From assembly GCA_019057375.1 (NCBI GenBank), contig DXJF01000144.1, positions 1 through 11,253 on the forward strand: a stretch of 11,253 bases of DNA, written 5' to 3'. This document shows positions 1 to 6,787 of this stretch, in pieces. Positions within the stretch are counted from its first letter, which is position 1. Each line of letters begins with the position of its first letter. The position numbers and the translations under genes were made by a program. This stretch comes from Candidatus Heimdallarchaeota archaeon (GTDB taxonomy: Archaea; Asgardarchaeota; Heimdallarchaeia; Heimdallarchaeales; Heimdallarchaeaceae). Under the pieces are notes generated by a model. That model did no database searches, was not told where the DNA came from, and saw nothing but the letters and a program-made list of their open reading frames with translations.

Positions 1-803
1 GAAGTAAGAATAATTCCTCGAGGAATGGGATATACGGTAGAGATTATTTATCATAAACATCTTCCAAAACAAGTGCTGAAAAACCAGAAAAGAAAAGGTG
101 CACTAGATTTAGGATTAACCAACCTCGTGACCTTTGTGGATAATATCGGCTCAAGACCGATTATTGTCAAGGACGAGGGAAAAGGAGTAAAATCAATAAC
201 ACAATATTATTTGAAGAAAATTAGTCAGTTACAGGAACAATATGCACAACAGCAAAGAGTAAATTTGAAGCAAGTCAACAAACTTCGTTATGGACCAGCG
301 TATTATCGAGCAAAAGAAAGATGGAGAAGAAAAGTTAAAGATTGTTTCCATAAGCTTAGTCATTTCTTAGCTGAGTTATGGGAGAAAAGAGGATTACATA
401 CAATCTATATTGGATACAATCCCCGGTGGAAACAGCAAGTAAGATTGAGGAAAAAAACACTCAGCTGTTTGTGATGGTGCCATTTCACAAATTAATCTCT
501 CTTCTTCAGTACAAAGCCAAGGAAAGAGGTATTACGATCGAGTTGATAGATGAGAGTTATACCTCCAAATGTAGCTTCTTAGATAATGAACCAACAACCA
601 AACAAACTAACTATGCTGGGCAAAGAATCCATCGTGGAATGTATCGTTCAGCTCAAAAGATTCTCATAAATGCTGATGTGAATGCAGCTTACAATATTTT
701 ACTCAAAAGCGATCCGCAAGCACTTCCTCCGCGAAGTGTGGGCGGGGTAGGAGGGTACGTGGTTTACCCACTTAGAGTGAGTTATCCAGCCATGAATCTC
801 TAG
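1..803 (+). pseudogene. tnpB: TnpB (IS200/IS605 OrfB-type RNA-guided nuclease), 5'-truncated by the window edge and split by a frameshift at the A7 run 451-457
   Basis: Frame 1 is open from base 1 (EVRIIPRGMGYTVEIIY), so the Met at 25 is internal. RuvC-I is ALDLG; after the shift come RuvC-II IDESYTSKCSFLD and RuvC-III INADVNAAYNI. Adding one A at 451-457 joins the two ORFs as RLRKKNTQLFVMVPF, matching the typical TnpB LGKKNNQxFVxIPF segment. Confidence 0.9.
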
Positions 804-840
804 GAAAGACAATGTTAATATGCAAATATGACAGAATCAA
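1..840 (+). mobile_element. Right part of an IS200/IS605-like (TnpB-encoding) element; candidate right end at 840
   Basis: tnpB is followed by an imperfect hairpin at 813-833 (TGTT-A-ATAT/GCAA loop/ATAT-GACA) and TCAA at 837-840, the arrangement known for IS608-type right ends. The end position is inferred, and IS607 association cannot be excluded without the left part. Confidence 0.55.
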
Positions 841-860
841 ATCATAGCTTTTCAATCACT
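720..860 (+). ncRNA. Candidate TnpB omega/reRNA (scaffold overlapping the tnpB 3' end, guide from about 841)
   Basis: GC-rich structured stretch in an AT-rich window: CCGC 729-732 pairs with GCGG 742-745, GGGTA 753-757 pairs with TACCC 765-769, plus the terminal hairpin 813-833. TnpB guide RNAs are known to derive from this position. Boundaries are approximate. Confidence 0.45.
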
Positions 861-1945
861 TTTTCAATATAGATCTTTATACCGATTCTATATTTTGGAT
901 TGTTTACATATCTGGTAGAAATAGATTGATTACATCTAGCACAGAGTCTTGATGTCTTAAACCAATTCATAAATTCGTCTTCATGTGCAGGATAACGACA
1001 GTGAGGGCATAAAATGATTCTTCTGCGGTCTTTCTTATCAAAATCCATATAGCATATTATACATTGCATCTCTTCTTTCTTGGGTGTACCAATTGGAAAG
1101 ATTTTTTTAGAGACTGTTGTAGTTTTGGATGTTTTCTTAGATGTAGTAGAACGAGTTGCTCTTACTTCTATTCCAGGATCAATTCTTGCACTTGAAGACC
1201 TAGAAGATCTACTAGCAGATGATGCAGAAGCTGTCGACCTTCTTGATCTAGTGGAAACAGATCTTTGGCTACTTCGAGTTGCTGAAGCTGTTGTTCTGCT
1301 TCTTCTGGTTGATGATGTAGTTCTAGATGAAGTAACCTGAGCTTGTTGGTTAAATCTCACTGCAAATGCAATAATGAAGTATCTAAAGATAAAAATGAAG
1401 TAAAAAATAACAAAAATGAAACTTACAAAATCGATTTGCCAATTGATAAAGAATCCAATTAATAAAATTGCAACATATGTTGTATGTATCAAAAAGGGTA
1501 TTTTTCTTCCTCTTCTTACTTTTCTGTTTACAGCAATAGCAGGCCATTTACCAGAGTAAAAGTTTCGAAAATAAAGAGAAAGAACAATCACAGGAAAAAT
1601 CAAAGATATAGATATGAGATTAAAAGAAGAATAAATTGAACTCCCACCAGATAAACCGATATCTATCCTGAAAATCTCATAAGTAGCAGCTATGGGAGAG
1701 ATATAATTTCCCATTAACATAATGCAAAATGGAAGTATTAGGAATTGAGTACTCGCTAGAATAGTTTTATGTTTTTTATAATGTCTTCTTTCAAGAAAGA
1801 ATCTCAGAGCAACAACAACATACAGAGTAATAAAGAATATTGTGAGGGTTTTTGGCAAATCATTTTGAATTGCCATATATAGTACTCCGACGGTTAATCC
1901 AACAATTCCAATTGCTAAATAGGTTTTGATGTTGTTTAGTTCCAA
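842..1945 (-). CDS. Polytopic membrane protein (~6 TM) with Ser/Thr/Arg-rich linker and C-terminal RING-type domain; putative membrane-anchored E3 ubiquitin ligase, 367 aa
   Basis: Six hydrophobic segments (approx. aa 9-26, 34-51, 62-82, 104-126, 149-169, 173-196). RING-like motif C295-x2-C298...C313-x2-C316-x4-H321-x2-E324-x3-W328...C335-x2-C338. Located next to JAMM and E2 genes. TTG start. Confidence 0.8.
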   Translation of the reverse strand: MELNNIKTYLAIGIVGLTVGVLYMAIQNDLPKTLTIFFITLYVVVALRFFLERRHYKKHKTILASTQFLILPFCIMLMGNYISPIAATYEIFRIDIGLSGGSSIYSSFNLISISLIFPVIVLSLYFRNFYSGKWPAIAVNRKVRRGRKIPFLIHTTYVAILLIGFFINWQIDFVSFIFVIFYFIFIFRYFIIAFAVRFNQQAQVTSSRTTSSTRRSRTTASATRSSQRSVSTRSRRSTASASSASRSSRSSSARIDPGIEVRATRSTTSKKTSKTTTVSKKIFPIGTPKKEEMQCIICYMDFDKKDRRRIILCPHCRYPAHEDEFMNWFKTSRLCARCNQSISTRYVNNPKYRIGIKIYIEKVIEKL

Positions 1946-1966
1946 TTAAAGCCCAACTTTCATTTT

Positions 1967-2686
1967 TTACGAATCATTTTCATATTTGTTTTTCATGAAT
2001 AGATTTATTGATTCATAACTTGCTTCACTACTCAAACCATGTACTTCACTTGAGAGTTCATAGTATGATTCTTTATCTTTGTGTATTCTGAAAACTCCAA
2101 CTCCAAAACTCTCAGGAGATATCATTAAAGGATCTAAAACAATAGCAACAGATTTATTCCAAAAGGTTTGATAACGGAGATGTGTTCTAAAGTCATCATC
2201 ACTTAGAAAGGGAGTATAGCTGGGATGTGAATGTGCCCATCCGATTATAAAATGTTCATTGTCCTTCTTGTGAAATATCTCTGTGAAAATCTTTTGATCA
2301 ACAATTTCTACACTGACTGCATCACCTTGATCTACTGGCCAATAATCTTCAACAAAAATCTGTTCTAAAGGAGTGTTTTCCTGTTTAATTCTCCCTGTTA
2401 ATAAACCAATAATTTCTACCCAATCTTTCTTAGGTATGTTTTCGTTTGCATAAGTTAAAGCATGTTTAGCTAATTTTAGATAAGCTTTGGGGGAGATAAC
2501 TATTTCATTTCTCACTTTGATTTGTAAATCATCTTCAGTGATTGTATCCTCACTTATTTCTTGTTTCACATCTATTTTTTCCTTAATAATGTCATCAACT
2601 TCATGAAGTCCTAGGGCTTTCTCAAGCGCTTCTATTTTTTTTAGAAGTTTTCTGTATTGTTCGGGAAATTCAGTTTCATTTTCCAT
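1967..2686 (-). CDS. JAB1/MPN+ (JAMM) metalloprotease, Rpn11-like deubiquitinase
   Basis: Catalytic E in EIIGLLTG and intact HxH-x7-S-x2-D motif (GWAHSHPSYTPFLSDDD). GDAVSVEIVD and AIVLDP resemble Rpn11 GVSVEAVD and AVVVDP. Start placed at ATG 2686 because AGGTGA lies 7 nt upstream; the track's TTG at 2716 is the alternative. Confidence 0.92.
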   Translation of the reverse strand: MENETEFPEQYRKLLKKIEALEKALGLHEVDDIIKEKIDVKQEISEDTITEDDLQIKVRNEIVISPKAYLKLAKHALTYANENIPKKDWVEIIGLLTGRIKQENTPLEQIFVEDYWPVDQGDAVSVEIVDQKIFTEIFHKKDNEHFIIGWAHSHPSYTPFLSDDDFRTHLRYQTFWNKSVAIVLDPLMISPESFGVGVFRIHKDKESYYELSSEVHGLSSEASYESINLFMKNKYENDS

Positions 2687-2718
2687 TATAGGCTCACCTT
2701 CTTCAGATTTACTCAATT

Positions 2719-3249
2719 CTACCAGTAGGATTTTGCATATTTCTTACTAATAGAATTTGCTTTTTTAATGAATTTCTTTTTATTATTCAAGAATTCCAGA
2801 GCTGCTTCTTTATTGAATACATCTTTGGGATTTACATAAGCTCCTTCAATATTAAACATTGCAAGGATAGAATAAATAACAGTCGTGATATTCTTAGCAG
2901 GAGACCAGCCATCATGCTTTCCTACTAATTCATTATCAACTAAAGCTAAACAAATATTTCTTTTATTAGGATATTCTTTAGGATTTGGCCAGAAATTGGG
3001 ATGCCAAATTGGTGTATGTAGTCTTACATATGGTGGTTTATATGGATAGTTTGACCCAAAGAGAATTTCAAGTTTATACTTACCACCAGCATAAGGTGTC
3101 TTCTCAGGTCCAACAAAACCTATAGCTAGATGTCCCATAGATTTCTTCTTACTTGGAAATGCTTTTACTTGAGCTAAAACACCTTCTTTATGGAGTTTTC
3201 TCAGTGCATCAAAATCTTTGATAATTCGTTGCTTTCTAATTTTTGTCAC
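2719..3249 (-). CDS. Ubiquitin-conjugating enzyme E2 (UBC fold)
   Basis: GPEKTPYAGGKY, YPYKPP, HPN (aa 83-85), catalytic Cys100 in ICL, WSP, and the C-terminal NKEAA helix. The start codon is uncertain (GTG 3249 or ATT 3240). Confidence 0.95.
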   Translation of the reverse strand: MTKIRKQRIIKDFDALRKLHKEGVLAQVKAFPSKKKSMGHLAIGFVGPEKTPYAGGKYKLEILFGSNYPYKPPYVRLHTPIWHPNFWPNPKEYPNKRNICLALVDNELVGKHDGWSPAKNITTVIYSILAMFNIEGAYVNPKDVFNKEAALEFLNNKKKFIKKANSISKKYAKSYW

Positions 3250-3432
3250 CTTTTATCAAGTGATATTTATGTATGGTTTGAACCACTTTCTAACAAGTAA
3301 GATAGCTGAATAATTGTTTAAAAAAGTTGTTTTGAAGGATATTCAAGCAGAGAAGCTTTGGATACTCTTTCTAAGAATTCTAAAGAAAAAATTAAGACAC
3401 TAGAAACATCCTTCACTAGTTTCTGGATCTGT

Positions 3433-3831
3433 TTACTCAGACAGTGATTCTGTGAATTTATCAGAATATTCTGTTTTAATCTGAGCTTCGGTTTTTTCCA
3501 TTTCAGCTCTAATTTTCTGGAATTCTAATTTCTTCTTTTCAATTTTCATTGAAATGCTTTGAATTTTAGATTTATTTTCTGCTATAAGTACTTCTTTTTT
3601 CTTAAATTTGGCTTCTTCCTTGAGAACTTTGTCTCCTATTCCACTCTCTTTCAGCTTATTTATCTTCACTAATCGTTCTTGTAAATCTTGATTGACTTCA
3701 GCATTCTCCTTCTTAAAATAAACTTTCTTTCCTTCCAACTCATCTAAATCCTCTTTAACATCAAAAAATTTCTCTTTAGTACCATAAAATTTAGCTAATA
3801 GTTTGTAATACTTAATCTCTCTTTCACTCAT
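3433..3831 (-). CDS. Hypothetical K/E-rich coiled-coil protein, 132 aa
   Basis: Long ORF with ATG start, a good upstream TATA/BRE, and heptad-like K/E/L composition interrupted by an SGIG turn. Confidence 0.75.
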   Translation of the reverse strand: MSEREIKYYKLLAKFYGTKEKFFDVKEDLDELEGKKVYFKKENAEVNQDLQERLVKINKLKESGIGDKVLKEEAKFKKKEVLIAENKSKIQSISMKIEKKKLEFQKIRAEMEKTEAQIKTEYSDKFTESLSE

Positions 3832-3853
3832 GATAATTAGAAATAGATTTGAG

Positions 3854-3869
3854 TATTTAAAACTCTTAT
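3854..3869 (-). promoter_or_regulatory. Archaeal BRE/TATA promoter, probably giving a leaderless transcript of 3433..3831
   Basis: On the minus strand TTTAAATA ends 22 nt before the ATG and is preceded by a purine-rich stretch. Confidence 0.55.
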
Positions 3870-3909
3870 CAAAGTGTAATCTAACTACCGGATTATAGAA
3901 ACTTTAAGA

Positions 3910-4785
3910 TTATTGATGTTCTTTCAAACTCCACATATTATCGAAAAACTCCTTAGATGGATGAATTAAATCATTGTTAATCCTGATATCATGAAGAACA
4001 CAATCACAATAAGGATACCCTTCTACTATTGTATGTTCCATGGTTAAAATGAAGTTCTCATTATTATTATTGTAACCCTGAAAATCTCCATAACATGCAG
4101 CTAGATATTTCAGTTCAATATCTGTTAAGTTAGTTATAGCATCTTTCCACATGCACGTATCTTTCCTCTGAGGAAACTTACCATCCTCAATCACTCCTTG
4201 AACAATTACCCAGCCTATACTTGGAGAATCATCATCCTTTGGAATTCTAGCATTTCTAAACTCTTCAAGAGTTTCATATTCGCTCCTTTCTGAGGATATT
4301 GATTTGACATAAGCGTCTAAATATCCTTTGAATAAGTCTATCGCTGTATTCCTTTGAATAATCTCTGTTAAAATCTGGACATTGTAATATCTGTGATAGA
4401 GAAATGACTGAACATAATTCCTATTAGGAATCTTAATTTTATCTTGAATCCAGCTCTTATTACTACTGAAGTCAAGTAATTGGAGATAATAATCAAAACA
4501 AGCACTCAATAATTCTGGAAAGACTTTCAAGTGAAAAAAATCCTTACTTAACTCTGCAAAATCTATATTCTGCTCTTTTGAAAAAGAAGTTTTGAGAAAC
4601 TGATTGATTTGATTTGTTAATCTAGTAACAAAACTATGCAAGATTTCTGGTTTTTCTTTCTTTATGTATCCAAGCAGATAATTCAATCTTTTCAGTACAG
4701 TTCTTTTAGCAAATTCTAGTGGTTGAATTTCCTGTAATCTTTCTAAATCACTAATATCATATTGACCTGTTCTAAAAACTTCCAT
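3910..4785 (-). CDS. L-2-amino-thiazoline-4-carboxylic acid hydrolase-like (V4R-related) domain protein, 291 aa
   Basis: C-terminal three-Cys pattern KDTCMW...AACYGD...LTMEHTIVEGYPYCD, typical of this family. True substrate unknown. Confidence 0.7.
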   Translation of the reverse strand: MEVFRTGQYDISDLERLQEIQPLEFAKRTVLKRLNYLLGYIKKEKPEILHSFVTRLTNQINQFLKTSFSKEQNIDFAELSKDFFHLKVFPELLSACFDYYLQLLDFSSNKSWIQDKIKIPNRNYVQSFLYHRYYNVQILTEIIQRNTAIDLFKGYLDAYVKSISSERSEYETLEEFRNARIPKDDDSPSIGWVIVQGVIEDGKFPQRKDTCMWKDAITNLTDIELKYLAACYGDFQGYNNNNENFILTMEHTIVEGYPYCDCVLHDIRINNDLIHPSKEFFDNMWSLKEHQ

Positions 4786-4788
4786 ATT

Positions 4789-5370
4789 TCATTCCTCCAA
4801 ATCAAAGAGTTGCCAAAGAATATATTGCTCTTCTTCTAACTTAAGCAAAAATATTTCTTGTAAATATACTTGTTCTATTTCTTGAATCTCTTCTTTAGAA
4901 GGTCTCATCCCTAGATAGTATAGTTTCTCATATGGCCATTCTTTCTTGAACCATTTAATTAGTTCTCTTAGAATTTTGCTAAATAGGCCTTGTTGCCAAC
5001 CTGATGGCGTTATCCAAAAAGAGATAGCAGGATCATTATCTTTGAGTTCCAGATGATCACACATTCTTTCATTAAAGAAAGCAAATTTCAAGAAAGGAGA
5101 TATTGGTTTAACAAATAAACACCCATAACATACTGTCTCATCTTTGTCTAGTATAGTGAAAGCAAATTCTATCTTATTATTATGATCCATTTCATGTTTA
5201 GCTATTTGTTCTAGATTTACTTCTTTAGGAAACCCTTCAGATCTAAAACCACTATCAATTGCAGCTTGATAATCAAGATCGTTATCTGTACTTAGTAACT
5301 GTCTAATCTTGATCTTATCAAATGTTAATTCCCTTGGAACTTCTTTATCTTTTGGAAAAAATGCTATCAT
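4789..5370 (-). CDS. GNAT-family (RimJ/RimL-like) N-acetyltransferase, 193 aa
   Basis: IRQLLSTDNDLDYQA...FAFTILDKDETVCYGCLFV...ISFWITPSGWQQGLFSKILRELIKW...WPY follows the GNAT strand/helix order with a motif-A-like WQQGL. Its stop is 3 nt from the next start, so probably co-transcribed. Confidence 0.65.
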   Translation of the reverse strand: MIAFFPKDKEVPRELTFDKIKIRQLLSTDNDLDYQAAIDSGFRSEGFPKEVNLEQIAKHEMDHNNKIEFAFTILDKDETVCYGCLFVKPISPFLKFAFFNERMCDHLELKDNDPAISFWITPSGWQQGLFSKILRELIKWFKKEWPYEKLYYLGMRPSKEEIQEIEQVYLQEIFLLKLEEEQYILWQLFDLEE

Positions 5371-5521
5371 GAAGAAAGGAAATTAGAAGCATTAATGAAT
5401 TCTTTCATATAGTCTTGAGCAATTTTCCGTATTTCTAATTACAAATCTTGCACCCATTTAATTCAAGTAGTTGATAGAGATTTTGCTCTTTATCAGCTTC
5501 TAAAAAGTGCACTTGTAATCC

Positions 5522-6388
5522 CTAATCAGCTTTCCCAATGTTTCTAGTGAATTCCAAAGATGGCTGCTCTGCATCTGGGTGAACATAATTATTCCAATAT
5601 AACTCATCACAGAATTTAGCATGATGAAGTGTCTGAGTTCTTCGAAGACGAATTATTTTACCTTTATTAAATTCAGGATGGTCTGTTAAGTAGCAAGAAC
5701 TCAAGTAGGCTATATCCGGATCATTAAATTCTTTCAGAGCTTCTGGTGTTAAACAACTATCAAAGCGATAAACCACTTTATAATCATCAAATATACAATT
5801 AGCGAAATCTGCAAGACCGCATTCACACCATGCCTCTATCTGTCTCTTGTTGAAATCCAGAATATTAACTGTTTTGGGATCTAGTGGTTTTTCTGTTTTA
5901 TCTTTAGACCTCATTTCTTTTATTAAATAGGGGACTATTTGTTTATAGATTCTTGTTCCTTCCTCTTTTCCGTAGGTATCAGCTAAAGCTTTTACCAAGT
6001 AATATGAGGTTCTTTCGAGAGCCTTGATGCGATCGAAATGAAATAATTCAATTTCTCCTTTATCTGATGTATAGTTATTAGGTAACTTGATTGTCTTACA
6101 TACAAAAAGAAAGACCGATTTCTCTAAGTCAGGGAAATTTGGTATCAATTCCAACCTTTCTCTAATTATTTTCCAATTAAAAGCATTATAATTAAAATCA
6201 TAATCACCTACAGCTTCACTAAACTTCTCTTTCAATTTTGAAATATAGAAACTAAGATCTTCTGGTAGAATCAATCTGAAAAACTTTGTAACAGAATCTA
6301 CTCGTTCTAGTCTAGCTTTTATTACATCTTCAGGCTTAGATTTTCCTTTCTTAGTTAAACTAAAACACTTATGGTTCTCAATTTGCAT
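5522..6388 (-). CDS. Second ATC-hydrolase-like (V4R-related) domain protein, 288 aa
   Basis: FDSCLT...SSCYLTD...LRRTQTLHHAKFCDE, and a C-terminal QPSLEF that parallels HPSKEF in 3910..4785. Confidence 0.7.
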   Translation of the reverse strand: MQIENHKCFSLTKKGKSKPEDVIKARLERVDSVTKFFRLILPEDLSFYISKLKEKFSEAVGDYDFNYNAFNWKIIRERLELIPNFPDLEKSVFLFVCKTIKLPNNYTSDKGEIELFHFDRIKALERTSYYLVKALADTYGKEEGTRIYKQIVPYLIKEMRSKDKTEKPLDPKTVNILDFNKRQIEAWCECGLADFANCIFDDYKVVYRFDSCLTPEALKEFNDPDIAYLSSCYLTDHPEFNKGKIIRLRRTQTLHHAKFCDELYWNNYVHPDAEQPSLEFTRNIGKAD

Positions 6389-6531
6389 TAAATTACATCT
6401 CTTGTTATTAGAAGCTTATTTGTAAACATTCACTTTAGTTTTCAAACCATTATTAATCTTTTGAGTGAATTTCTTTTTTAAACTCAGATATTTTCTCTGT
6501 TCTTATATGCAATTCTAATTTCACATATGAG

Positions 6532-6732
6532 ATGAAAAGTGAATTATTTACTAACTTATATGATACCGCAAAATGTAGTATTGATGGAAAAAATTGGTAT
6601 GAGATTTCTGAGATAGCTGCATTATGTTGCATAAATAATCATTATGCTCCAAAAGATTTAGATTCAGTTCTTCAGCATTACAATAAGGGGCACATTGTTC
6701 CTGTAGAATATGTTCTCTATAAGAAAGTCTAG
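6532..6732 (+). CDS. Small hypothetical protein, 66 aa
   Basis: ATG start with a TTATAT box about 25 nt upstream (6503-6508), ordinary soluble composition, co-oriented with the amidohydrolase. No recognised motif. Confidence 0.55.
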   Translation: MKSELFTNLYDTAKCSIDGKNWYEISEIAALCCINNHYAPKDLDSVLQHYNKGHIVPVEYVLYKKV

Positions 6733-6787
6733 TTAGAAATGTGTAAAATTATAACTTGACATTAAGAGTAAAGATAGATTTAATTAA

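Noticed and set aside
447-459. Programmed -1 ribosomal frameshift in tnpB
   Set aside because: In the zero frame the site reads G-AAA-AAA, not a canonical X-XXY-YYZ heptamer, and TnpB is not known to require frameshifting. A single-base deletion is simpler.
25-803. Two separate proteins (25..474 and 378..803), as in the ORF track
   Set aside because: They are halves of one TnpB. The frame is open from base 1, and the RuvC motifs are split by the A-run frameshift.
1080-1340. 86-aa plus-strand ORF
   Set aside because: Antisense shadow of the low-complexity S/T/R linker of the E3, with repetitive V/L/D/E content and no RBS.
1946-1963. Mini-ORF MKVGL between the JAMM and E3 genes
   Set aside because: Five codons with no independent support. 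Such ORFs are expected by chance.
3250-3432. Possible hidden ubiquitin gene or small ORF upstream of the E2
   Set aside because: No minus-strand ORF of suitable length and no diglycine-ending frame was seen. The plus-strand open stretch 3322-3447 lacks a start codon.
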